From Eledone cirrhosa (Eukaryota), in NCBI GenBank assembly GCA_964016885.1, contig OZ024742.1:79360001-79424000 (forward strand): a stretch of DNA of 64,000 nt. Direction: 5' to 3'. Both the position numbers and the translations under genes were made by a program. Under the pieces are notes generated by a model. It did no database searches, was not told where the DNA came from, and worked only from the letters and a program-made list of their open reading frames with translations. This document shows positions 30,751 to 43,381 of the stretch, piece by piece (within the stretch, counting starts at the first letter, position 1; the number at the start of each line of letters is the position of its first letter).

Positions 30751-31289
30751 ATAATAATAATAATAATAATGATGATGATGATAATAATAATAATAATAAT
30801 AACGATAATAGCGATAATAAAAATGGAATAAAGAAACAAAGAAAATCATAAAAAAAGTTATAAGGGCAAGCGAAAAAAAAAATGGAAGAAAAGTATTTGA
30901 AGTAGCTAGAATTGTTTATGGTATTATGGCAGCAGTTAGAATCAAGGCTGGTATTTACAGAGAAAGGCAAGTCTTCCTCCTCTCAACAGCCTCCGTTGAC
31001 CTTTAAAGTTTTTAGCGTGTAACTTGTATCCTGCTTCCACATCAACTGACACGACTCATCACGTTCTCAACATTATGGCGTCTACTACCTAATTTTTTTT
31101 CTGCTCATATTTTTCTCCTTACATTTTTATTTCTCTTTCTTCTTTTCACATTTTCATTATTTCTTCTTTTTCAAGAATTCGTTCGTATCTTTCTATATTT
31201 TTCATTATCTACCTTTTTGTCAGTCACTTTCTCCCCGCCACTCTCTGTTTCTCCGTATATACATACATACATATAAATATATATGTTTG

Positions 31290-31352
<63 letters not shown>

Positions 31353-31362
31353 TATATATATA

Positions 31363-31466
<104 letters not shown>

Positions 31467-31510
31467 ATTATATTATATTAATTATAATTATATTAATATA
31501 TATATATATA

Positions 31511-31548
<38 letters not shown>

Positions 31549-32010
31549 TCCCAGTAATACACTGGGTATTTGCTGGCCTTGTGCCAAAAGTAGAAACAAT
31601 TATATATATATATATATATGTGTACATAGATAAATAATATAAACACACATCTAAACACATAGACACACAGACAGACACACACACGCAAGCAGACAGACTC
31701 ACGCATACACATACACACACACATTTATAATCTATTTCTCTGTCTCTTTATCTACCTATTTCTTTTTATTTATTTCTTCAGTTAGTCCTTTGAATTTTCT
31801 TCTCATCTATCAATATTTCTTTATTTCTTTCGTCCTTTCTTCTTCCCTTCGTTCGTTATTCAATGTTTTTATTTGTTTTGTTCTCCATATTTCTAATTAG
31901 AATTGTATTTTCTTCTGTTTGAAGTTATGGTGTCAGATGAAACACCGTCGTAATTACAATTTATCTCTCTTCCTACTTATCTGCCTGCCTCTCTGTCTCT
32001 CTGTCAGTCT

Positions 32011-32612
32011 ATGTATGTATGTATGTATGTATGTATGTATGTATGTATGTATGTATGTATGTATGTATGTATTTATGTAGGTATGTATGTATGCATGTAT
32101 GCATGCATGTACGCATGTACGTATGTATGTATGTATGTATGTATGTATGTATGTATGTATGTATGTATGTATGTATGTATGTATGTATGTATGTATGTAT
32201 GTATGTATGTACGTACGTACGTACGTACGTATGTATGTATGTATGTATGTATGTATGTATGTATGTATGTATGTATGTATGTATGTATGTACGTACGTAC
32301 GTACGTATTATGTATGTATGTATGTATGTATGTATGTATGTATGTATGTATGTATGTATGTATGTACGTACGTATGTTTGTATATATGTATCTATCTCTA
32401 TATCTACCGACCTAACTATCTACCTATCTCTCTATCTCTCTACTTACATGGCTACCTACCTACCTACCTACCTACCTACCTACCTACCTACCTACCTACC
32501 TACCTACCTACCTACCTACCTATCTATCTATCTATCTATCTATCTATCTGTCTGTCTGTCTGTCTGTCTGTCTGTGTCTCTCTGTCTATTTGTCTCTCTC
32601 TCTCTCACTCTC

Positions 32613-32648
<36 letters not shown>
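32011..32648. repeat. Compound tetranucleotide satellite (TATG/TACG/TACC/TATC/TGTC)
   Basis: Directly visible. Confidence 0.95.
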
Positions 32649-32649
32649 A

Positions 32650-35600
32650 TTTCCAAAACACCCGTACCGCAAACACAACCCGAAAATATACCCCTCCCCT
32701 CCAACGCGGAAGATGACCCTAGTTCGTCGTCAAACGAGGAGGAGCACTTCCACACAATCAAAAGAAAAAAAAGAAAACACACCTCAGATACACAAATGAA
32801 AAAAAACCCTCCCCAAAACATAACACTGACACCAACACAAAAGAGCTCACATCACAACAACAACAACAGCAAACAAAAAACACCACACAAAAACAAAACA
32901 TGCATACACATACATAAAGACAAGAAACAAAAAACTGTTAAACATTGTGTACAACAACAATCTAATAAAAACACAAGGGCCTAACTTCACCCAGGCAGGG
33001 GATTTCCCCCACCTCAAAATGATTAAGGCCCCACAGGACACCTATAAAACTTTAAAAAACAATTTTAAAGAGGACGTGGGTCCCCCCTGCGTCGGGCCCA
33101 TTAACCGCGTCCTCCTAAAAAACTATCCCACCCCCTCCCCAAACACCCACATAACTCCAAGCTCCCCAACCACACAACACACTGATGCCCCCACACTTCC
33201 GCAAACCACCACCCCACCCAACAACCCATCCCCCACCCTAATGGAAATTGTGCAGCCCGATACCCGGGACGCAGAGAGGTAAGTGCCTTTTCTCTTCACC
33301 ACCAACATGGCTATGCTAAGAGTAGGCTGTTTAAATGCGCGTGGCCTGGGCTCAACTTGGAAGCAAGCAATGCTTCTAAATGACCTCAGGTCAAAACGTA
33401 TAGATGTGATGGTTATTTGCGAGGCCCGGATCAGAAACGTGCGACAGCTGGCCTCCACCTTTGATGACTTTGAGATGCACGCATCTCTCTGTCAGCCCGG
33501 AGGTGGGGGTGGAGTTGTCGTTCTGCTGCAAAAACATCTGGGTCTCGCAATACAGATGGTACATTTGGACCCGGAGGGTCAATTAGTGGTTCTGGACCTT
33601 GGCAGTGGTAAAGGCGGAGCGTTTAGGTTGGTAGCCGCCTACGGCCCTTTCGGGTCAATGCGGCCGGACTTCTTCCATCGTCTGGAGACTTTTCTAGGGA
33701 CGTCCCGCTCCTTGCTATTAGTGGGGACTGGAATGGTATCCTAGATGCACGCTGGGACTACGTAGGGGCCTGCCCCGATAGAGAGGGGTGTAATAGCCTC
33801 AAAGGGTTAATCGGTCGATTTGACCTGGCCGATAGATATCGACTAGATTTTCCGACTGCGCCAACCTGGACTTGGGCAAATCGTAGCGGATCATCTAGGT
33901 CGTACCTAGATAGGTTCTTAGTTAGAATTAAGGATAAGGACTTTTTAAGTTGTCCAAAAATGCGCATGGTTGGCTATTCAGACCACAAATTAGTGACCTG
34001 CATGGTCAACCTTGACAGAACTCATAGACAGGGCCCCGGTTACTGGAAGCTCAACTTGTCCTTGCCGGCAAGTAGAGCCTACAGGAATCGGATTAGTACG
34101 TTAGTTAAGGAACGGTTGACTGGAGCGATCGTCAACAGCAGGTGGTGGGTATCTCTAAAGAGAGAGATTAGAGTAGTCTCGATAGAATTTAGTAAGGTTC
34201 TAGCTGCGGATAGGAATAGGAAGGAAAGGGAGCTAATAGATAGAGTAGAAGAGGCAATTAGAAGCGGCGACGTGGCCAGAGTGCTAGCGTCGAGAACGGC
34301 TTTGAGCCAGTTTTTTGACGCGAAGCACGAAGGCTGCGTTGTCCGAAGTAAAATACGTGCTCTAGGGAACGAGGGGACCAAAGCTGTTAGCTGGGCCCGC
34401 GTGACAGAGGCCAACAGTGGAACTAAATCCACCATCCGGTCTTTGCGAGACCTGGATGGACGGGCGATTCTTGAGCCTAAGCAGATGTGTGAGGCCTTTC
34501 AAAGGCACTTTGCACGACTGTTCGGGAGGGGCGGGGAGCCAGTTGGGAACGTGGACTTCGGTCCATACCTCGACGGCCTGCCGCGCCTCTCGGACAGGGA
34601 GGCGAAGTCCTGCGAGGAGCCGATTTCGGCCGCTGAGATAGAGGACGTGCTGAGCCAATGCGGCAAACGCAAATCCCCGGGTCTCGATGGTCTTCCTTAC
34701 GAATTATATCTAGCTATGCCGGACTTGTTCCCCGATCTCCTCGAGGCGGTCTACTGCAACTGGCAACAGAACGGGAGAATTCCCTGTACTGTGACCAAGG
34801 GCGTAGTCACGCTAGTGAGGAAGGACGAGAACAAGGGGGACGAAATAAGTAACTTCAGGCCCATAACTCTGCTAAATACAGAGTTACAGATTTTGGCCAA
34901 GGTGCTAGCAAAGAGGTTGGCGCTTGTCATGGGCAACCTGGTGGGAGATGCGCAGACATGCGCTATCCCGTCCAGGTCCATCCATGACAACCTCCACCTC
35001 ATGCGATACATCATAGAGAGGGTTGGGAACGAACCCGGCTTTGGTGGGGCTCTGATCAACTTGGATCAATCTAAGGCGTTCGATAGGGTCGACCATGGTT
35101 ACCTGGATGCGGTGCTAGCGGCGGCAGGCTTCGGACCCGTTTTCAGGGGCTGGATCACTGCTATGCACAGCAGCCGCATCTGCTCTAGGGTCAAGGTGAA
35201 CGGCTACCTCTCGGAGCCGTTCAAAATCGCGCGGTCCATCCGACAAGGGTGCCCTCTCTCCTCCCTTCTGTATGTGTTGACTCTCGAGCCACTACTGCGG
35301 AAGTTGGAGTTGTTTCAGGGCATCCCTTTGGAACCGGGATTGCGGAAAGCGGTGTCGGCCTACGCCGATGACGTGACAGTAATGGTGTCGACGGCCTCCG
35401 AAATCGAGGCGGTCGGCACCTTACTGGAGGAGTACGAAAAGTTCACAGGGGCTAAGCTGAACCGGGACAAGTCGATCGGTTTGCAACTCGGCACGTGGAG
35501 GGGCAGACCGATGCCCTCCGATGGCGTCGTCGGACGCTGGACGGAGGGCCCGGTGAAGTTGCTCGGGGTCTGGTTCGGAACGGACCTCCAGGTGGAGAAA

Positions 35601-37007
35601 AACTGGGCGGAGGTTACGAACAGGGTGTTTGCACTGACCCAGAAGTGGGCCAGTTGCAAACTATCCCTGAAATGTCGGGCGGAGGTGGCGAACACCTACA
35701 TAGCGTCCGTCATCTACTACCGCCTGACCGTAGTGCCCTGCCCAAGGGAAACCCTCACCAAGATGGAGCGCGCGCTCTTCCAATTCCTTTGGAAGAGGCG
35801 GGCTCCTATGGTGAGGAGATCCATCTGCTGTCAACACCCTTCGAAAGGAGGGCTGGGGATGCCGTGGCTAATGATGCGTAAACACGCATTAAGGCTACGG
35901 CACCTCTACGTATTCCTCACCGGACAACCGGTGTGGGCCTCGTTTGTGAGACGAACCTTTCCCAGACTCGTCTCACTCACCGAGCTGCAATCCTGGGTCA
36001 AGCAAAGACCGAGAAAACTGGGCGCCTGGCACACTGAGTGTGCCCAGGCGCTCACCGCCCTCTGGCAGGCGGATCCGGTTATCAGTGGAGACTCCACCGC
36101 AACATTCTATAGAGGGCTGGTACGCAGCAGGTGCGACGACGCCCTCGGAGAAGCCCTAGATATGGAGGAGGACGAACTGGCCAGCCTGTTCGGTAGGACA
36201 TTCAGCCTGGGACCTATGGACAACTTCCAGAAGTCCCTGGCCTGGCAGTGCTACCGAGGGGCTTTACCCGTTCGAGAAAGGCTCTACAGACACGGGCGCC
36301 CGGGTAGGGACCCCGCCAAAAAGATCTGTCCCAGATGCGTGTGCGACGAGGAAACCGTTGCACACGCATTGGTACACTGCTCGGGCGTAGCCGATCTGTG
36401 GGGCTATGTCGAACAACTGCTGTCAAGGGTGGGACCGATCCGGTTGACCACCGAGTCTATTGTAATGATCAAGCCGCCTCCCCCCTTCAAAGATGAAGCA
36501 GAGGCGGTGTTTCTCTGCGTAATAGCCATGGCGAAAGAGGTTGTATGGTGGACGCGTCTGAAAGGACTGAGGTCAGGCACCTTTCTCTCTGGCCAACAAC
36601 TGGTCCGTTTCTTCCGTTATCATTTCGGAAGAAGGATCAGGATGGAGAGAGAGGTGCTGCACCCCAGCCGTTTCTATGAAAGATGGGTGAAAGTGGCGAG
36701 AATGGCCCGTGTGAATGGGCCTTCACTCTACATCAGACTATAGGTGAGGAAGATGAAAGACCAAGGGAGCACCCCTTCTCTGTGCTCCTGAGGAGAAGGG
36801 TTGCACACTTTTTTCGGGGGTGTGTGCGACCCCCCAAGGCGCCTCCTCTCTATTGAGGATTTTGTTATAAATTTTATTTTTTGTTATATCTTATTTTATT
36901 TTTATATTTTGTTATTGCCTCCTCCTTATTGAGGACGCCTTTTTGTGTAAACTCTCCCCTTTGTACTTGTCCCGCTTTTGATGCCCTAGTGGCAAATAAA
37001 AGAAACA
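32650..37007 (+). mobile_element. Tx1/L1-clade LINE, 5'-truncated within ORF1, in (TATC)n
   Basis: ORF1 remnant, APE endonuclease (LNARGL, ETFLGT, SRSYLDR, SDHK), RT ORF, and a 3' UTR with AATAAA. (TATC)n lies on both flanks. Confidence 0.9.
33960..36743 (+). CDS. Tx1-like ORF2 (RT + C-terminal CCHC region); the upstream endonuclease part (33307-33960) has one frameshift near 33740
   Basis: 927-aa open frame with SPGLDG, FRPITLLN, LDQSKAFDRVDH, RQGCPLS, YADD and CPRC..DEETVAHALVHC. Confidence 0.85.
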   Translation: MRMVGYSDHKLVTCMVNLDRTHRQGPGYWKLNLSLPASRAYRNRISTLVKERLTGAIVNSRWWVSLKREIRVVSIEFSKVLAADRNRKERELIDRVEEAIRSGDVARVLASRTALSQFFDAKHEGCVVRSKIRALGNEGTKAVSWARVTEANSGTKSTIRSLRDLDGRAILEPKQMCEAFQRHFARLFGRGGEPVGNVDFGPYLDGLPRLSDREAKSCEEPISAAEIEDVLSQCGKRKSPGLDGLPYELYLAMPDLFPDLLEAVYCNWQQNGRIPCTVTKGVVTLVRKDENKGDEISNFRPITLLNTELQILAKVLAKRLALVMGNLVGDAQTCAIPSRSIHDNLHLMRYIIERVGNEPGFGGALINLDQSKAFDRVDHGYLDAVLAAAGFGPVFRGWITAMHSSRICSRVKVNGYLSEPFKIARSIRQGCPLSSLLYVLTLEPLLRKLELFQGIPLEPGLRKAVSAYADDVTVMVSTASEIEAVGTLLEEYEKFTGAKLNRDKSIGLQLGTWRGRPMPSDGVVGRWTEGPVKLLGVWFGTDLQVEKNWAEVTNRVFALTQKWASCKLSLKCRAEVANTYIASVIYYRLTVVPCPRETLTKMERALFQFLWKRRAPMVRRSICCQHPSKGGLGMPWLMMRKHALRLRHLYVFLTGQPVWASFVRRTFPRLVSLTELQSWVKQRPRKLGAWHTECAQALTALWQADPVISGDSTATFYRGLVRSRCDDALGEALDMEEDELASLFGRTFSLGPMDNFQKSLAWQCYRGALPVRERLYRHGRPGRDPAKKICPRCVCDEETVAHALVHCSGVADLWGYVEQLLSRVGPIRLTTESIVMIKPPPPFKDEAEAVFLCVIAMAKEVVWWTRLKGLRSGTFLSGQQLVRFFRYHFGRRIRMEREVLHPSRFYERWVKVARMARVNGPSLYIRL

Positions 37008-37086
<79 letters not shown>

Positions 37087-37112
37087 GTATCTATCTATCT
37101 ATCTATCTATCT

Positions 37113-37560
37113 ATGTGGGTGAAAGAGGTTATATGGTGGACGAGGTTAAAAGAGCTGAGGTCAAACACCTTTCTCTCCGGCGAACAACTGAATTGTTTTT
37201 TCAAATATCATTTTGGATGAAGAATCAGGATGGAGAGAGAGGTGCTGTACCCCAGCAAATTTTATGAATGGTGGGTGAATGTGGCAAAGATGGCCCGAGC
37301 GGTTGGGCCTTCTCTCTATATAAGCCTGTAGGTTGAGGAAAAAGAGAAAGAGAGGAAGGGAGTACTCACTCTTGGTGCTCCTGGAGATGAGGGTTGTACA
37401 TTTTTTTTCGGGGTGTGTACAACCCCTGTGTAACGCCTATTGGGGATTTCAATTGTTACTTGTTGTTTTATTAATAGTTTTATTTTCATATACCTGTATG
37501 TAAACTCCCCATTTGTATTTGTCCCCTTCTTTTGTGCCCTCGTGGCTAATAAAGAAATTT
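37113..37560 (+). mobile_element. 3' fragment of a related Tx1-like LINE in (TATC)n
   Basis: Homologous to 36530-37005. Ends with AATAAA followed by (ATCT)n. Confidence 0.85.
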
Positions 37561-38376
37561 ATCTATCTATCTGTTGATATATCTATATGTAAAGACGTGA
37601 ATAGATATACATAAATATAACCGCTTTTATTTTGGATACACGTCTCTCATATAATCAGTAAATACAAACATATAGAGTCCAGTGAGTACATTATAATTAA
37701 TTTTAGCACGTTCACTACTGCCAAAAATGCTCAACAAGGTAAACAAAAAGAAAGGAGCCAATGAAGATATCGGACGAAGGTAGCTGTGTTTCAATTGGTC
37801 TTTATTTAATAATGATACATGTCATTCACAACTCCTGGCAAAAAGAGGTGACATTTATCTGGTGAGAGGAGCTGGAATTTGGACTGAACATGCAAACAGC
37901 CAGATCAAATTCCAGAAAGCATCCGATCTGACTCTTTAATAATTCTGCCAATTCAACAGTCATGGATATGTACTTTGTTTATCGACCACGAATAGATGAA
38001 AAGCAGGGTTTCAATTCTGACGATTCTGCCAATTCACCGCCTATAAATATTCTTAAAATGATGAATTATTTGGGCATGTGGCACATGTCAATATAGTGAA
38101 AGAATATTATGGAAGAAGCTAACCTACGATATACGATATAGAGGAAATATGTGTGATCTTACATCGTAGCATGTCTTCCGAGGCAGGATCACAAATATTT
38201 CCTTTACAAAGTGCAACAGAAGCTCGCTCTTTTCACATTACATTCACTCAATAGACATACGCATATATACAAACACACACGCGCATACAAGCATGTATAA
38301 TATACACACATATATGCACAGACGCGCACGCACACACTTACACTCATACACACCCACTTACAAACACATGTACACA

Positions 38377-38422
<46 letters not shown>

Positions 38423-38487
38423 CATACATATAAATAAGTATACATATATATGTACATAAATATATGTATATATATATGTATTTATAT

Positions 38488-38599
<112 letters not shown>

Positions 38600-38705
38600 A
38601 TATATACATATAAATATATACAATTGGAAATTAGTAAAATCGAATCTCTGGCGGTTTGCAAGTAAATTCGGCCTACTTATATGAAATGATGAGTTAGCTA
38701 TATAC

Positions 38706-38920
38706 ATATAGTAATAATAATAAATTTGAAGACTAAAATACAAAGAGGGCTCGATAAGGATAAATATATATCACATATATAAGAACCGTAGAGCAAATAT
38801 TTATTAAAATAACAAATTAAAGTTTAAGCAAAGAATCGCTGCTTTCACCCTTAACGGGATCTTCTGAAGATCGCGTTAAGGGTGAAAGCAGCGATTCTTT
38901 GCTTAAACTTTAATCTGTTA

Positions 38921-38930
<10 letters not shown>
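38706..38930. mobile_element. Short repeat family ending in a fold-back palindrome
   Basis: Matches 46255-46465 and partly 22925-23010. Arms of about 68 bp are centred on gatcttctgaagatc. Confidence 0.8.
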
Positions 38931-38952
<22 letters not shown>

Positions 38953-39859
38953 CTTATTTATAACCAGAATGAAGAGATCACGGAAATACAAGTTCATTCC
39001 GTTACGCTCGTTTCACTAGTGATCAAGCTCAAAACTGCTATCAATTTCATAAAATTATATAACGACACCAGGCCACTTCTTAGGTCATTGCCTCCTCAGA
39101 TACAAAACGAGCTCCATTTACTAGCTGGGTGCTGAGAGTGGAGTACCCCAAATTATGGAGAGATTCCATATAAACATATGTCTGATATGGCCTTGAAAGA
39201 TTAAACATGTATTAAACTGATCTTTCGCTTCTATTTTTATCAATACTCTGTGTTTCTGCTTGTTACAATCATTTACTACGTTACATAGTAAACGAGTAAC
39301 AACCCCCTAGGACAACACTACTTCACCTTGGAATCAATTTGTTGCATACAGTACTAAATACGTTTTACACATTAACTGCAATCCAATAAAGCGATCTCTA
39401 CCTCTATACACACACATATATATATATATATATATATGGTATATGTATAAAAATGGAAAACTCATCGCTAGAACAGCCGTTAAAACAGTTAAATCCTCTC
39501 AAGGACAGCGATGGGGGAAAATGGTATTATCAATAGATTAATTTAACAGCTCTTTAAACTTAGAAGGTGAATGTGGCATGAGTGGCAGTAGTATCTATCT
39601 GTTTATTCCCACAACAGAAATTGAACGGAGGAATTCTCCGAGAAGTCCTAAGGAATATTACCTACAAACACCTATATAGAGCACATTTAGAACATTTCTT
39701 ATTAATTATTCTCATGAAGTGCATTTCAATTACATTTTTGAAAATGGTCAACAGCGTGTTGTCTGGAAAGTAGTTAGACAACTTTTCATTAGTAAGTTTG
39801 AAACAGATGTTGATTTTGCCTCGTGAAAATATATACAGTATGTATGCATTATGTAGTAT

Positions 39860-40850
39860 GAGGAGGGTGATATTTGGACACCCTGTGGGATGAAATACAA
39901 GACCTGGTAAAGGGCAAAGGAAGTCAGCAGAGTCAACGGCCATCCAAATAGTACTTTCTTTTTCACATGGGAGTGAAAGACCCCCGGTTGTTATCACAAC
40001 ACCTTTCTAGGAGAGGGAAACTCTGAAAAAAGTTCCTGCGGCTTCGGAAGCATCCGATGATGTTGAGCAGTTCTCCTTTTCGGGTTGTGTTTTCGATGCT
40101 CTAAGAGTGTGATTGGTCAAGTGAAAGGCCTTCAAAGCACAGGCATTGATTGGTCAGGATATGTTACAGGTTTGTGTAGCCTGGCCGTAGCGTAAAAGTG
40201 CACCAAACTCTGTAATCTGACAAGCGATTGCAGTACTCCTAGCAGAGTTTACAGTCATCATGTATGTATGTATGTTATGTCGGGTCACTCTTGAGTGCTA
40301 CTGGTAACATGTAACCCAGTACTACCTGTCGCATGGTTGGGTCGTTGGTGACGAAACCGACAAATCCACCAACTTTACTTGGTGATGAGAGTGATTTTGG
40401 ACACCTTGCAGGACAAAAAACAAAACCTGACAAAGGGCGGAAGGACTCATAATAGTCAACGGCCATTCAAAAGTATGTGAATAGGTATATACACATGTAC
40501 ATATGCATAGGTGCATGTGTATGTATATGCGCGGGAACATAGAAATAGTCAGGCTGGATACCCGATCGTGCGGTTAAACCACTGGGAATGAAGGATTCCT
40601 AGCCTTTGTCATGGCATTCTTCTAGGAGAAGGCAACTCAGGAAACTGGGATAGCTCCGATATAAAACCTGCGTCTCAGTAGAGTTATAGCTACTGTCGCT
40701 CAGAGAGTGGGATTGGCTCAGTGCACAATCTTTCCTCACTTTAAAAAATATCTTCACGCACAGGCATTGCACGATATAATTAATTAATAATTATTAATAA
40801 TGTTATATCGTGCAATGGCCATACTAGATAACGAGGAGGCAGCCATCATG
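39860..40850 (+). mobile_element. Two older, diverged relatives of the 610-bp (TATG)-linked element
   Basis: 39860-40262 and 40279-40850 share tctaggagaagg/gggaaaactc, gcacaggcattg and a 3' cagYcaYcatg(tatg)n end. Confidence 0.6.
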
Positions 40851-41032
40851 TATGTATGTATGCATGCATCTATGTAGTATGTGTATGTATGTATATATGT
40901 ATGTATGTAGTGCATACGCACGTACGTACGTATGTATGTATGTATGTATGTATGTATGTATGTATGTATGTAGTGCATACGTACGTACGTACGTATGTAT
41001 GTATGTATATATATGTGTGTATGTATGTTTAT

Positions 41033-41618
41033 GTCAGGTCACCAGTTGGTGCTACTGGTAACATGTATCCCAGTACAAGCTGTCTCATGGTCGGGTCGTT
41101 GGCGACTAAACTGGCAACCCCATCAAGGTTTCTTGGTGAGGAGGGTGACTTTGGACATCCTGCAGGACTAAAAACAAAACCTGTCAAAGGGCAAAGAAGC
41201 TCTTGAGATTCAATGGCCATCCAAAGGCATGTCAAGGCAGAATTCTAGGAGAAGGAAAACTCTGATATAACACCTGCAACCCTGATGGTATCCAATGATG
41301 TTGACTTGTTCTTCTTTTTGGTAAATATCATCTTGGTTAAGAGAGTGGGACTGGCTTTGTGCAGTGCCTTTGCTCACTATAAAAGCTTCACGGCACAGGC
41401 ATTGCTTTATATCTGGAGATCTCTCTGCACTTGTCCTCACATGGTACCATGTGCCCAGCACTATGTATCAATAATTGTCACAAGTGTAGTGTTTGTACCA
41501 GAGTTTTCAATACGCTGGCTGGACTAAAAAGTCACACTCGTTCAGCGCATCGGTAGGGGTTCTCCTACATGGATATAAAGTAGTGGCCGTACTCGAAAAC
41601 GAGTTGGCAGCCACCATG
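41033..41618 (+). mobile_element. ~585 bp non-coding retroposon, copy 3, in (TATG)n
   Basis: Near-identical to 3204-3813, with a ~25 bp deletion near 41225. Confidence 0.75.
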
Positions 41619-42365
41619 TAGTATATATGTATGTAGTGCATACGCACGTACGTACATATGTATGTATGTATGAATGTATGTATGTATGTAGTGCATACGT
41701 ACGTACGTATGTATGTATGTATATATATGTGTGTATGTATGTATGGCGTTTCATGGTGTTTCTAGTATATTGACTGATCATGTCGATGCGACAAATCTGG
41801 AATTCATTCGTATGACTGGTCAAAACAGCCGAGCATTGCATCATTATACCTGAAGTGGCCATCACCACACTATCTTTCCAGGCGTATATCTAGGATTACA
41901 TTATTCCCTCTTTCCATATCTACTCAGTTACGTTCCCCTTCTTGTAGATACTCCTGAAGTACTGCGCCAGATCTTTCTAGGGTTCTCTTTTTTTTTTATT
42001 CCTTGGTATCGCCCCACAATTTGCCAATTTTCCATACCTAGTGTCTGGAAGAAACAGTGTGTTGTGAAACACACTGTAATTGTTGAAAGGTGGATCTTTG
42101 AGGGATTACTTCACTCTTCATAGGGTTGCACACACAAACACACGTACGTGCAAACGCACACACATAGACACACACACACGCGCGCGCGCGCACATACACA
42201 CGCACATATACATATATAAATATAAATATATATATATATACACATATACATATATGCATACATATATATATATACATAGGAAAGTATTGAGTACTCTGGT
42301 GCGTTATATGTCCACCTAGTATCTTACCACACCCTCTTTGTTATATATATATATATATATATAAA

Positions 42366-42700
42366 TTAATTTCAACGTATCTTATAAATAACAACGATGT
42401 TTCTTTCCAGGGGCAATGTTGAAAAATAAACTTCCTTTGGTCATTCCATGAAAACAACTTGCTCAGATATTGAACTTTTCAACCGACCCTCATAGACACC
42501 ACCACCACACACACGAAAATGTATTGAAAAGTTCAATATCTGAGCAAGTTGTTTTCATGGAATGACCAAATGAAGTTTATTTTTCAACATTGCCCCTGGA
42601 AAGAAACATCGTTGTTATTTATAAGATGCGTTGAAATTAACTCCTGGGCTCCATATCATGCCTTCATAGTCACCCTATGAACATTTCAGCCTACCCCGTA
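42366..42700. mobile_element. Mariner-like MITE with an inverted partial duplicate
   Basis: 42366-42482 is the reverse complement of 42523-42640. TIR-like ends gaacttttcaaccgaccctcata and gaacatttcagcctaccccgta. Related to 45547-45730. Confidence 0.65.
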
Positions 42701-43022
42701 AGTTTTTGTATACGTGCATGTGTATGTAGTGCGGGTATTTAATAAAAATGAGGACAAGAATGAGAATAAGATAATGAACAGATAACTCTTTGCCGAATTG
42801 TGACAAAGTGTGACTGACACCTAACACTGTTAACCACAATGGTCCTTGTTTGACATTATCTAACACTGGATCATGCTTTGATAAAAAGAGTCTGAGACAA
42901 ACACAGATTGAGTGTAAATATTATATGATATGGGGAAAACTTTCTTTTTTAATCCACGTACTCAATGAGCACGATTCTATTTTCTTTAAGGTCCTTTTTT
43001 CTTTAACAATTTTTGCTTCTTC

Positions 43023-43060
<38 letters not shown>

Positions 43061-43163
43061 CCCCCCACACATATATATATATGTATTATATATACATATA
43101 TATGTATGTATGTGTGTGAGAACATGTGTAACTGTATCTATATATGTACATATGCGTATAATA

Positions 43164-43208
<45 letters not shown>

Positions 43209-43224
43209 CGCATATATATATATA

Positions 43225-43304
<80 letters not shown>

Positions 43305-43349
43305 TATATATGTATGCACACATGCATACATATTTCATACATACATACA

Positions 43350-43381
<32 letters not shown>

